This document shows, piece by piece, positions 28,655 through 40,661 of a stretch of DNA of 64,000 nucleotides (positions within the stretch are counted from its first letter, which is position 1; each line of letters begins with the position of its first letter). The DNA is from Acidobacteriota bacterium (GTDB lineage: Bacteria > Acidobacteriota > UBA890 > WLXD01). Below the pieces are notes generated by a model. The model did not search any database. It was not told where the DNA came from and saw nothing but the letters and a program-made list of their open reading frames with translations. The position numbers were made by a program, and so were the translations under genes. The stretch lies in contig CAXWPH010000010.1 in the NCBI GenBank assembly GCA_963666055.2, forward strand, positions 1 to 64,000. The letters run 5' to 3'.

Positions 28655-29930
28655 ATGCCCGTATTCGATCCTCAGAAGCTGACCGACCTGGTAGACGAGG
28701 AATCGCGTCTCAGCAACGCGCTCAACGAGCTGATCGTGTCGCTCAATGAGCAGCACGAGACCGACGCTGAATGGGATGAGCCGCGGCAGGGGAAATACAT
28801 CATTGACCAGCAGCGCCACAGGCAACTGACGCGACAGCTCGAAACGGTGCGCGCCGAGCGGCAACGGTACGAAGCGCACGAGCCTCAGCGCGTCAAGCAG
28901 TTCAAGCAATCGGCGTTGAACCGTTGGCTGTGGAGCGGTGAAAACGGGCTCGAACAAGACGAGTGCGAGCTGTATCTGCGCGAGCCGGACCCGGCGATGC
29001 TCAACCAGGTCCCGGACCTACGGGGCAATGGCTTCCGCGTCTCGCTGGCTACCCGCTCCGACATCGACACGGGCGCGGGCGCGGCCGGCCTCAGCGTCGA
29101 ACAGGAGTGGAACTCCGACGTCATCGAACGGCTAGCCTACTAGGGCGACGTCGAAGAGGCGTGCTCGTCGTTCACGACGGCCACCGGTGGCGATTTCCAC
29201 ATCAACGCCCTGGACGGCATCGCCGACAAGGGGGTGCTGCTGACCGACCAGGCGGGAGCGATCGGCACGGACCTGGGCAAAAAGCCGTTGCCGCCGGTGA
29301 CGGCCGTCACGTTCAAGGCCTACGTCATGCACACGGGGCCGATGTGGATTCGCCGCGAGGCGATCCAGGACGTGCATTTCGCCCTGGAGAACCGTGCGGA
29401 CATGCACGCCGTGCGTCGAATGGGGCGCGCCTGGAACGAGCTGTTCACCCAAGGGCACCAACACCGACCAGCCGCAGGGCATCGTGACGATCGCCAAGGC
29501 GGGGGTGACGGCGGCGGCCGCCAACGCGGTGACCTACTCGGAGCTGCTGGAGCTGGAGTATTCCGTGAACCGCGCCTATCGCAAAAACCGCGAGGGGGGC
29601 GTGGGCGGCTTCACCGGTAGGGCTGCCGGCATGAGCGGCTTCATGTTCTCGGACAGCTTCGAGAAGCTGGCCCGCTCGCTGGTGGACAGCGATGGTCGGC
29701 CCATGTGGACGCCGGGCGTCACGGCGGGCACGTGTGGCATCACCGACGGGTTGCCGCCCCGGCTGCTCGGTTACCCCTACGTCGTCAACGACAACATGGA
29801 CGCGGTGGCCACCGGCAAGGTGCCGTGCCTGTTCGGCAACCTCGGCTACTACGGTATCCGCACGGTGTCCTCGGTGGAGATCTTCCGTTTCTGGGACTCC
29901 CGGACGGCACAGGCCAACTCGATCGAGACG
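28655..29930 (+). pseudogene. HK97-family major capsid protein (internal stop, frameshift, 3' truncation)
   Basis: AAGGAG RBS; stop at 29141-29143; QPQGIVT, LVDSDGRPMW, RLLGYPYVVNDNM, LFGNLGYYGIR. Confidence 0.8.
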
Positions 29931-29939
29931 TGCTGTTCG

Positions 29940-31106
29940 GCGAGCCGGCGGCCGACCAACTCGGCTGGATCGGCGACCTGTTCATTAAGCTGCTGCGCAT
30001 GATCATCGTGCCGTTGGTGCTGACATCGATCATCTCGGGTGCCGCGTCGGTGAGCGAGGGACGTGCCATCGGACGCCTGTTTCAGCAAGACGCTCGGCTA
30101 CTACATCCTCTCCAGCCTGCTCGCGATCATGGCCGGCCTCTTGCTGGTCAACCTGATCCAACCCGGAGTCGGCGCCAGCATGACCGGCGCGGCGGCGCAG
30201 CAACCGCTCCCCGAGCTGGCGACGCCCAGCTCGCCGGTCGAGCTGATCCTCGACATCGTGCCGGACAACGTGATCCAGGCGGCGGCCAGCGCCGACATGC
30301 TAGCGATCATCTTCTTCAGCATCCTTTTCGGGCAGCGATTACCGCCCTGCCCGACGACACCCCAACGCACCTTGACCGATCTGTTCGGCGCCCTCTTTCA
30401 GACGATGATGCGGCTCACCTCGGGGATCATGAAGTTCCTGCCGATCGGTGTGTTCGCGTTGATCACGCGGATGGTGGCCACTACCGGGTTCGAGGCGTTC
30501 CGGCCACTGGCGCTGTACGCTGCGACCGTCTGTAGCGGCATCACCTTTCACCTGCTCGTCAGCCTACCACTGCTATTGGTCTTCCTGGGCAGGATCTCGC
30601 CCCGCATCCACTTCGCCAACATGCGCCAGCTGCTGCTGATCGCGTTCTCGACCAGCTCCTCAGGGGCGACGTTGCCGGTCACCATCGACAGCGTCAAGAA
30701 CAAGGTCGGCGTCTCCTAACAAGGTCACCTCGTTCGTCCTGCCGTAGGGGCGACGGTGAACATAGACGGCACCGCGGTCTTCGAGTGCGTCGGCGCCCTC
30801 TTCATCGCTCAGACGCTGGGTTTCGAGCTCGGCGTGATGCAGCAGGCGATCGTCGTGCTGACGGCGCTGCTGGCCTCGATCGGCGCCGCGGCGATCTCCT
30901 CTGCCGGGCTGGTCGTGATCTTCATCGTCCTGGAAGCGATCAACCTGCGGGGCCCCGAGGTCAACCTGATCGTCGGCTCCATGCTCGCCATCGACCGGCC
31001 GCTGGACATGTATCGCACCGCGGTCAACGTCTTCAGCGACTCTTGCGGCGCCGCCATCATCGCGCGGTCGGAGGGCGACCGCGACTTGGATACGGAGGTG
31101 AGATAG
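29940..31106 (+). pseudogene. Dicarboxylate/amino acid:cation symporter (DAACS/GltP), degraded
   Basis: IGDLFIKLLRMIIVPLV, AFSTSSSGATLP, NIDGTAV, AIDRPLDMYRTAVNVFSD; several stops and frameshifts. Confidence 0.85.
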
Positions 31107-31229
31107 GGCCGGCGGCCTGGATCCCGCCAGCGCCCGATGGGATGTCCGGGCGACCGTTTCTCGAGCGCTTTCTTCGTGGCACGGGTTTGGGGACCACCTG
31201 CCGGAATCTTCAGACTCGGAGGCGCGCTC

Positions 31230-31525
31230 GTGTCGCCGTTCAAATCCGACGTGTCGGTTCCCATCGTGCCAATGGCCGTCGAGACGTCGGCGAAGCGCTT
31301 CTGTCTCGAGTACCTGGGCTCTGAAATCGACTGGGAGCACCGATTCGGCGATACATCTCCCCTGTACATGCAGGTCCGACAGGGTGGATCCGTGCTCCAT
31401 CTCGACGGTCACGCGGGTGCTGAAGCTCCAAGGGGACGGTGCGCGTGACGTTGCAGGGTCTCGATCACTACCGCCAGCTGCTGTGTTCGAGGGCTCCCGG
31501 TGCCAACGCCCCTCGCTGGTCAGAC
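31230..31525 (+). pseudogene. Glyoxalase/VOC-family fragment, copy 1 of a ~280 bp direct repeat
   Basis: DWEHRFGDTSPLYMQVRQGGSVLHL; 31247-31525 matches 33808-34087. Confidence 0.75.
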
Positions 31526-31641
31526 GACCGCTTCAAAGCTGTGTGCACGATCAACGACCAAGGCTCAGAACTGGAACGCGTTTACAGATACCCCTCGGAC
31601 TTGACCACAGGCGCGCTCAACAAATCTAGGACGTCACCTCG

Positions 31642-32490
31642 ATGCCTCGAAAGATTGGACGCAACGAACCTTGCCCCTGCGGGAGCGGAAAAAAATACAA
31701 GAAGTGCTGCGTCGTTGAGGACGAAAAGAACACGCGAGGCTTGAGGGCCGAACATCCGGCAGGTGGGGGAGGGGTCGCCCGGGCGCTCTCTTGGCTGTCC
31801 GCGCGGTATTGCGTCGAAAGCATGGAAGCGCTCGAGAGGCTCGCGCAACCTCCCTCAGCACTTGTCGATGCTGCGACGGGAGATCCGATCCTTCTAACGA
31901 ACATCCACTATCGTGTCCGGGACTGGGCGCCCATCGAGGCTGCCCTCGAAGCGGATGCTCGAATCGAGCCGACTGGCGAGAGTAACTGGACCTGCTTCGA
32001 ATCGACATCAGCAGACGAGCCGCGGCGCATCGTGTGGACGGTCAGCCGGGAGGCGCAACAAGAAAGAAGAGCGCATCGAAGTGTATGCTCAAACCGCAGA
32101 GCGAGCCGCCGAGGCTGCATGCTGGTTTGCAGACCACGCAGAGGATGCGCTCGAACTGATTACGCGCGAGTTCATCGATCCAGCGCATCTGTGGAAAGAC
32201 CGTCCATCACGAGAACATAGTCCAGAGCCTTTTCCGAGCCCGCTTGATGACATGTCCCCTGATGAAGCCACCGAGTCCAGTCAATAAATCCACGAGCACG
32301 TGTACCGTAATTGGCACAATGAGCCTATCCCGGCGCTCGCGAACCAGACCCCCGAGCAAGCCATGCGTTCCAAGTCAGGCCGACGCGACATCGTTCGGCT
32401 CATGAAGAGCTATGATATCTAGGAGGAGCGCCGCGCGGAAACAGAAGATCGACCCGCGATCGACTACGGTTTTCTTTGCAAGAGGCTAGG
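31642..32490 (+). pseudogene. SEC-C motif protein, frameshifted
   Basis: [20 protein letters not shown]; broken continuation ending YRNWHNEPIPALANQTPEQAM. Confidence 0.7.
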
Positions 32491-32683
32491 AATGTCTCGG
32501 CGCGAGGAGTCGGGCTAGATATGCCTGCCGACGGGCAATCGCGCCAGCCGACGCAGCCGCGCCGCCGGACAGCGCAGCGATGTCGGCCGACCGTGGAAAG
32601 AGCGTGACTTCCTAGGCGTCCTGCGCCCGGCACGGTGGAGACGGAATCGTCATGTGTAGCACGTCTGTGGAGTGCAAATGGCC

Positions 32684-33797
32684 AATGAACGACACGGCCG
32701 CCATCAACGTTGCCGTGCGAAGAATCCCATGTGCCCTGCTGTTCGCTTTGAATGCTGTGGGAGCCGCTGGCTGCGTCTCGAACCCCACCTTGGAGATGTT
32801 CCAGGCCGATGATCCTGCATGCTACGACCGCTCCGTCCAATCCCAAACTGCGGTGGTGGATACTCATCTCCACTTCCGGCCGTTTGGAGGTCCTGCGATC
32901 CCGTTCGAGGAACTGGTCTCCTATCTCGAGGAGACCGGCGTCGTGTTCGCCAACATCTATGGCGTTGGCCAGACGCTGCCCGTGACTACGTCCTGCACCT
33001 ATTACTTGGACTGTCCCGGTACGCCGGTGACACCGACGTTGAAGAATGACTTTCTCAATGCCGCCAACACCATCATGAACGCGCCCGCTGGGATCCATCT
33101 GACGCTCTCGATGAGCTTCCCGGACTTGTCGCGCCCAGAGACGATCCTCCCCAGGATGCAACTGCTGAACGAGGAATACCCCAGCGCATTCGCCTGGATG
33201 GGCGAAATCAACCTGGTGAAACAAGCGCTGTTCGGCAACGGGAGGGCGCCGGTCCCCCTGGCGACGCTACTCAGGTGGGCGCCTTTCATGGAGGCGCTGC
33301 GGGAACGAGATATCCCGCTGGCGATTCACGCCGATTTGGGCAACGACGAGGAACCGACACGACACCTGCCGCTCATGGAGGAAGTGCTGCGCTTGTATCC
33401 GGACAACGCAATCGTTTGGGTGCACATGGGCCTGTCCCGGGAACTGGTCAACATGAACGCCGTCCAGCATATTCGAATCATGAGTGCGCTGCTGGATCGT
33501 TATTCGAAGCTGCTGTTGGATATCTCCTGGCGGGTGCTCGACGATGCCTACTTCTCAGACCCGGACAACCGGACGCTCTATGCGTCGTTTCTGAATGAGT
33601 ACTCGGAGCGAATCCTGCCGGGAACGGACTTCTTGGCATCGAGTGACAAAGACATCGCCGTCTATCGCACCGAGCTGCAGATCACCAGTCGGATCCTGCG
33701 TGACTTGAACGACACGGCCTTCCGCAACATCGCCTTGGGTCAGAACTATTTCCGCTTGTTGGATCTGGACTACACCGCGCCGCCGGTATGTCAATGA
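32684..33797 (+). CDS. Amidohydrolase-superfamily protein, probably exported
   Basis: DTHLHF, MGEINL, IHAD, WVHMG, DISW, PGTDF metal-ligand pattern; start uncertain. Confidence 0.8.
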
Positions 33798-34170
33798 AAC
33801 CCGAATTCGACGTGTCGGTTCCCGTCGTGCCGATGACCGACGAGACGTCGGCGAAGCGCTTCTAATCTCGAGTACCTGGGCATGAAATCGACTGGGAGCA
33901 CCGATTTAGCGATACATCGCCCCTGTACATGCAGGTCCGACAGGGTGGATCCGTAATCCATCTCGACGGTCACACGGGCGCTGAAGCTCCAAGGGCACGG
34001 TGCGTGTGACGGTGCAGGGTCTCGATCACTACCGCCAGCTGCTGTGTTCGAGGGCTCCCGGTGCCAACGCCCCCTCGCTGGTTAGACCACGGGGTACGAA
34101 TCGGGAAATGCCGATCGAGGACCCGTCGGGGAACCTGCTGATCTTCGCGGAGCCGGACTCCGACGACTAG
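33794..34170 (+). pseudogene. Glyoxalase/VOC-family gene, copy 2 (full length but with a stop and frameshifts)
   Basis: MKPEFDVSVPVV..TAA at ~33864..EMPIEDPSGNLLIFAEP. Confidence 0.75.
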
Positions 34171-34396
34171 CGAGCACCGGTCTGTTCATCAAGACCGAGC
34201 CGTCAACCGAGCACGATTGATCCTGATGTGGGACTGGACTTGTGCTAGCAATCGAGCGTCACGATGAGTGCCCTGGGTGGCCGGCCGGGACCTCGATTCC
34301 GGGCGGGCTCGGGGCGATGGAGCGCCCGCGAGGGGCAGGCGCTACGGCGATGCAGGCCACATGTCCACGAAAACCCAACCTCGTAGGGCCGGTGAG

Positions 34397-34613
34397 ATGA
34401 TCGACTTGGAGGAGCGGATCGCGGCGCTGCAGGGGATGGACTTGCCCACGCTCCGTGATGAATGGCGTCGTCCTTCTTAGCCCTCCTGCCCGACTCCACC
34501 TCCTGCAGAACCCGGATGATCTGCTCTTCGCTGAATCGACTCTTGCGCATCCGCTCCTCCGTAGCTTGACCAGTCTCGCATTTCCACTGTGCCGAGTTAC
34601 GGGGAGCACGTCA
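34397..34613. mobile_element. DUF2924-like N-terminus (+) abutting an IS3 left end (-)
   Basis: MIDLEERIAALQGMDLPTLRDEWRR; minus strand IRL TGACGTGCTCCCCG at 34613 and MRKSRFSEEQIIRVLQEVE. Confidence 0.6.
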
Positions 34614-34673
34614 GATTAGGCCTCGGATCGGCGGGATCGAGGGACGATCTCAGTTTACACTTAGCCCTGACGC

Positions 34674-35047
34674 TCATCTCGGCATATACTTAGCTGTGAC
34701 GCTCGAAGATGCTGAACTGATTGTCTTGCCGTAGGTGCCGCGCCCGCGCTTGCCCTTGATCCGACGCGCCCCGAAGAAGCTCTCGCCCACCTCGACGACC
34801 CCGAGCGGGCGCTGCGCTTCACAGGCAAGCACAATGCGTTGCCGCAAGCCCCGGTACAGCCGGTTCACAGTGTTGCGGTTCCGACCGCTCAGCGCCGCCG
34901 TCTGAAGGGCTGTGAGATCGGCCGCGAGGCAGCGCACGATCTCGCGGGTCTGGGCCTCGGACATCCTTGCACGCTTCCCGCACCTGTTTTTCATTGTCAT
35001 GCTTAGCCTTATGCCTCATCCAGAGACTCTCAGCTAGGCAAGACCCT
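34674..35047 (-). mobile_element. IS1595-family transposase fragment
   Basis: ADLTALQTAALSGRNRNTVNRLY..VVEVGESFFGARRIKGKRGRG. Confidence 0.75.
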
Positions 35048-35084
35048 TTCTTTATTGGAGTTCCCCATGGCCGCGTTCCGGCCT

Positions 35085-35380
35085 TCACCCATCTAACCGG
35101 AAGCCCCAGTCGTAGCTGATGCGCACGTAGTAGTAAGCGCCGTTAAAGCCGAAAGGCGAAGACTGACCGTATCGGATTCCTTGGCCAGCAGCGCCCAGCA
35201 GGTTGACGTCCGGGTACGTGTTCAGAATGTTCTGGGCCCCCGTGGAGAAGGTGAGCTCGTCGTTGATAGGTACGTTGAACACGACATCGAGAAGCACCTT
35301 GCCCCGGTACAACTGGTACAGGTAGGACAGGTCGGGGTTGCCGAGCGTTGCCGTTGCCCAGGTTCTAGCGTCTTCCTGGT
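35085..35380 (-). pseudogene. TonB-dependent receptor C-terminal fragment
   Basis: GKVLLDV..GAQNILNTYPD..SPFGFNGAYYYVRISYDW, joined in frame to a truncated IS3 orfB. Confidence 0.7.
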
Positions 35381-35409
35381 CCCAGTACTGGCCGTTTCGA
35401 GTGCGCTGC

Positions 35410-36500
35410 GGCGGTCGGCGCTCGTTGTAGAAGTCCATCCAGCAGCCGATCCCGGCCCGAGCCTCGGAGCCAGTCGCGTACTCTGACAGATAGACTTGCT
35501 CGTATTTCAGTGATCGCCATAGCCGCTCGATGAAGACGTTGTCCATCCAGCGGCCCTTGCCGTCCATGGAGATCCGAATGCCGGCCTCCTTGAGCGCGTC
35601 GGTGAAGTCGACGCTGGTGAATTGGCTACCCTGATCAGTGTTGAAGATCTCGGGCGCACCGTAGCGCTCGAGAGCCTCTTGCAAGGCCTCGACGCAGAAG
35701 CTCGCATCGAGCGTGTTGGACAGGCGCCAGGACAGCACCTTGCGGCTCGCCCAGTCCATCACCGCAACCAGGTACAGAAAACCTCGCTGCAGCGGGATGT
35801 AGGTCACATCCGCACACCAAACGTGGTTCGGTCGCGTGATCTGCAGATCGCCCAGCAGGTAGGGATAGATCCTGTGCTCCGGGTGCGGCTGAGACGTCCT
35901 GGGCCGCTGGAAGATAGCTTGCAACCGCAGCAGCCGCATCAGGCGGCGCACCCGCTTGCGAGAGACCGTGTAGCCCTGACGACGTAGCCAGCGTTTCATC
36001 TGACGGGAGCCGTAGAACGGCGTCTCCAAAAACTGCTCGCCGATCAACCGCATCAGGCGCAGGTTCAACGGGCTCTCGCCCTTGCCCTCGTAGTAGAACG
36101 ACGAGCGCGCGATTGACACCAAGCAGCACTGTCGCGCGCTGCTGAGCCGTGCGTGGTCGCGATCAATCATCGCTACTCTCCGGCCGCGGCTCAACGACCG
36201 AAGACTTTGGATAAAAAATCCCGCTCGATGACGAGCTCTCCGATCTTCGCCCGCAGCTCCTTGATCTCCGCCTCCCGAGAGACCTCATCCCGCTCTTGCT
36301 TGCCCGAGAAGCCGGCCAGTACCTTCTGCCGAGCCTTCTTCTTCCAGTTGGCGATCAGGTTCGGATGCACATCGTAGCGGGCTGCCAGCTCCGCCATCGT
36401 CGCTTCCTCCCGAAGCGCCTCCAAAGCGACCTTCGCCTTCAGCTCAGCAGGATAACTTCGTCTCTTCCGTGGCATTCCAGACTCCTTCGGGGTCCACCTC
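35410..36500 (-). mobile_element. IS3-family transposase orfA/orfB, both ends lost
   Basis: orfA KAKVALEALREEATMAELAARYDVHPN..ERDFL; orfB PFYGSR, WCADVTY, NTDQGSQFTS, DNVFIERLWRSLKYE. Confidence 0.85.
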
Positions 36501-36542
36501 TATGACCCACGCAAGGGCACGCTATCGTCTCGACAGCTGGCC

Positions 36543-37526
36543 ATGCTGCCCCCGCCGGACGAGTTCACGATGCTGCTTCTGGACCCACCGGACCACACGC
36601 GGCTGCGGGCGGTCGTCAGGACGGCGTTTACCCCGAGGGCGGTCAACGCGCTTGAGTCCCGCATCCGCGCCATTCTGGGGGCCCTGCTGGACGAAATCGA
36701 CGACCCGACGGCGTTCGACTTTATGCAGGCAGTGGCCCGGCCCCTGCCAGTGATCGTCATCGCCGAGATGCTGGGCGTTCCGGCTGAAGACAGGGCACAA
36801 TTCATGATCTGGTCGGAGCAGCGTGCGCGACTGGCTGGACCCGATGATCGGTGCGCGCGAACGTAAGGCCGGCGCGGCGGCCTCGCGGGCGTTCGACGCC
36901 TATTTCCGACCGATCATCGAGGAGCGGCGCGCCGAGCCGCGCGACGACATCGTAAGCACCCTGGTGCGAGCGCAGGACGAAAGCGTACATTTGAGCGAAC
37001 GCGAGACGCTGAACATGCTTCGGCTTCTGCTCAGCGCCGGCAACGAGACCACCGTAAACCTGATCGAAACGGCATCCTGGCCCTGCTTCGGCATCCCGAA
37101 CAGCTTCAACGGCTCCGGGAAGACCCGAGCCTGATCCCGGCGGCCGTGGAGGAACTGCTGCGCTTCGACTCTCCGGTGCAGGTGGATTTTCGGCGTGTGC
37201 TCGCGGACTGCGAGGTCAACGGCTCTCCGCTACGAGAACGTGACAATGTCGTCCTTCTTCTGGGCGCAGCCAACCGGGATCCGGACGTGTTCGAGAATCC
37301 GGACCGGCTCGATGTTGATCGCCACCAGGGTTCGCACCTCTCTTTCGGGAGCGGGATCCACCATTGCCTCGGCGCCCTGCTAGCGCGTTTGGAAGGCCGG
37401 ATCGTTCTCGAGATACTGCTCGACCGGTTCAAGTCGATGAGCCTATTTGAGGATCACCCGCGGTTTCGCAAGAGCCTCATCATCCGAGGCCCCCAATCCC
37501 TGGCGGTGCGCTGCCGCAGACTCTGA
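36543..37526 (+). pseudogene. Cytochrome P450, 5'-truncated and frameshifted
   Basis: LDPPDHTRLR, AGNETT, EELLRFDSP, ANRDP, HLSFGSGIHHCLGA in three frames. Confidence 0.9.
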
Positions 37527-37814
37527 GGCATGGACGCCATGTATCTCGGCGGTGGCTAGTTCGTCCCTGCTTCGGCGATAGTATCTCCAGCGGTGGCGGT
37601 GGCTTATTCGGTGCAGCAAGGAAGAGCGCTAGCCGTCGGAGATGATTGAGTCAGGAGTGTGCCCGAAGGAAAATCCTGCGATAAAGGCACCATCATGAGC
37701 GAAAGGAGACACATTCGATCGCATCCTGGCATCGTTGCACGAAGCCGCGCTCGACGACGCCTACTGGCCAGCCGCCTCCGCCCTTATAGATGACGCGGTC
37801 CGCGCGAAGGGCCA

Positions 37815-38280
37815 CGACCGGGCTGGCCGTCGACCTGCGGGTGCGGATGCTGGTGGTGCACCAGGCTGAAGGGTTCCGGGAGCGGGGGCATGGCGCTGTC
37901 GCTGAGCTACAACCCGACGCCGTCGACGCCGCTGGGCTTTACGGCGCGGGTGGCGCCGTCGTGGAGCGGTGAGGCGACGAGCGGGGCCGAAGGCGATGTG
38001 GGGCCGGGAGACGATGGCGGGGATGGAGCACGGCGGCGGCGACGACGGCACCCGGCTCGATGCGGAGGTTAGCTACGGGCTGCCGGTGGGCAGCCGCTTC
38101 GTGGGGACGCCGCGGGCCGGCGTCAGAACCTCGGAGTACGGACGGGACTACCGGGTCGGCTACGGCCTTGGAGTGCTCGACCGGGAGCGTCTGAACCTCG
38201 AACTGGAGGTCGATGCGCACCGCCGTGAGAGTCCGATGCTGGACGGCACAGATCACGGCGCGCTCGCGCGGGCCACACAG
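37815..38280 (+). pseudogene. C-terminal beta-barrel (autotransporter-like) fragment of a large surface protein
   Basis: HQAEGFRERG, SYNPTPSTPLG, LDAEVSYGLPVGSRFVGTP, RDYRVGY; frameshifted. Confidence 0.55.
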
Positions 38281-38444
38281 TTCTTCACGCTGACCGACAC
38301 CGGACAAAAGCCTAGCAGCCTCTGCCGGCTTGCGTCCCAGTTGCTCTCGTCGCACTTTGTCGGCGTGGGCGGCACTTACGATCCAGTCCACGGGCTCCAG
38401 CGCGGGTTGTACCGGGGGTACCGGGTGCGGACGGTGCATCAGAG

Positions 38445-39245
38445 TCAGTAGGGTCCGCCAGTTGTCGGCGACACGGTCGTTCAGGCCATCGGGCACGTCG
38501 GGATCGGCGTTGCGGAGCGCCTCGCGGTGATCGGCAGCCCACCGCGCCGCCTGGCGGAGCACGTCCTCAAGGTCGAGGCTTCCGAGTCGCAATCGCTCGA
38601 CCTTCTCGGCCGGTGTCTTGCGCTGCATGGGGACCACGATGGAGCGGTCCTGCAGCGTGTCCGTCAGGTTGCCGATCAGAGCCACGGCTTTCGGTCCCCA
38701 CGTGGAGAACTTAGCCGGCTCGTGGTCTTCGCCCACAGTGCGAATCACGTACGCGGTTCCCCGCGTGTGCCCAGCATTCAGAATGCCTCGAAGCTCCTCC
38801 CGCTCTCGGAGAAACGAGTCCGCCTCATCGACCAATAGGGTCGGTCTCCATTTCTCTACCGCACGGAACAGCGCGGCCGGCGTGATATTGGAAGCAGCGA
38901 GCGGTCTCGGCACGAGGCGGCTGAGCACTGTCAGCGCGGTGGTCTTGCCGCACCGCTTCTCCGGCGACACCAGCGCCAGTAGTGGAGAAACGTCGGCAGC
39001 ATCGTGCGCGTGAGCGAAGACGGTCCAGAGGGCGAAGGCCGTTGCGGCCCCCTCTGCCAGCACCGCGAATCGAGTGAACGTCTGGGCAAGAGCGGCCAGG
39101 AGAACGGCTCCATCCACTGATTCTGGCCACAGCTCCGGATCTGCCAACGCGACACTCGCCCCCTGGTCGGTGCGGTCCTTCGCCGGTCCACCGTCCAGAC
39201 GCCGAAGGTCTTTGTGCGCCTCGTCGCGCAGAGTGTCGATCACGC
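38445..39245 (-). pseudogene. DUF3631-like phage/plasmid replication protein fragment
   Basis: [55 protein letters not shown]. Confidence 0.7.
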
Positions 39246-40384
39246 TGACTCGCCAGTCACTGGCTCGCGCGATCGGCCGTGCCCCCCTGGGCGCGGTATT
39301 GCGTGAATACATTGTCAGCGAGGCTATGGCGTCCCTGGACATTCCCTCAACGCGCTCGCTGGCGGCCGTGACCACTGGCGAGCAGGTATACCGGGAGACC
39401 GCCCTGCCCGGCGCAGTCCTGGCCCGCGTGGCTCAGAGCCATATCCGTATTGGTACCTTTCAGTTTTTTGCCTCAAAGCAGGATACCGAAGCACTGCAAA
39501 TGCTGGTGGCCCACGTGATAGCTCGCCACTACCCGGACCTGGCCGCGGCAGACAATCCCGCGCAGGCGCTGCTGCAGGAAGTCGTAAGCCAGCAGGCACA
39601 ACTGGTGGCTCGCTGGCAACTGGTGGGCTTTATCCACGGGGTGATGAATACGGACAATATGCTGCTTTCCGGGTAAACCATTGATTACGGGCCCTGTGCC
39701 TTTATGGATGATTTCAATCCCGACACGGTCTACAGCTCCATTGACCACGGCGGCCGTTATGCCTACCGCAACCAGCCCCGCATCGCCCACTGGAACCTGG
39801 CCTTCCTGGCACAGATCCTGTTACCACTGCTGCATGAAGTCCAGGAGCAAGCCGTAACGCTGGCGAAGGAGAGCATTGATGCGTTTCCCGATTTGTTCCG
39901 GGACGCCCACCAGCAGGGCATTGCTTGCAAGCTTGGCTTTCGGCCCGAGGGTGAAGAGGACGAATCCCTGCTACAGGACCTGTTGTCAGTGATGGCGGAG
40001 ACCGGTGTGTACTTCACCCTCAGTTTCCGGCACCTGGCCGACCTCGCCAACGGGGACGCGGGCGACGAAGGCGTCAGCGCTATTTTTGAATTCCCGCAAG
40101 TATTCAATTCATGGCTGGAGCGCTGGCGGAAGCGACTGGAAAAAGAACCGACCACGCCCGCCGGGAGACAGGGATCCATGTACGCAGCCAACCCGGCCTT
40201 CATTCCGCGCAATCACCTCGTGGAAGAAGCGATTGAGGCGGCTACCACCGACAGTGATTTCGAGCCATTTCACGCCCTGGTGGAGCGTCTGGCAAAGCCC
40301 TTTGAGTACGATCCGTCCCAATCGCGCCTGGCCCTGCCGCCACGACCGGAGCAAGTCGTGCGACAGACTTTCTGCGGGACGTAA
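39245..40384 (+). pseudogene. selO: SelO/YdiU protein adenylyltransferase, 5'-truncated with an internal stop
   Basis: [33 protein letters not shown] at 39674, IDYGPCAFMD, NPAFIPRNH, TFCGT*. Confidence 0.85.
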
Positions 40385-40661
40385 TGACGCTACCCGGAAG
40401 ATGCGCAGTGCTTGAAGCCGGCACCTACCGTCAGAGGATTACCGTGCGCTGGCCGTTCAGCAGCACCCGCTGTTCGTCCTTTCGCACAGCCCGGCCCCTT
40501 AAGCTCCTTTGTAGCCGTATCTTCTGAAAGCAGGCCAGTGGCGAATCCTTCGGGTGCTCCTCCGGCGCGCTTCGGCTCCAGAATCGTTTTGGAACAGTCG
40601 CTCAGGGCACGCTGGTTAAGCGGCGGGAGCGGCTATCGGTGATTGCGGCGACCGTTGCCGC

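Noticed and set aside
35085-36194. 369 aa ORF as a novel transposase-receptor fusion
   Set aside because: Accidental in-frame join of a truncated IS3 orfB to a TonB receptor tail in a decayed region.
37939-39375. 478 aa ORF as an intact gene
   Set aside because: Only the middle is DUF3631-like; both ends are antisense read-through of selO and the barrel fragment.
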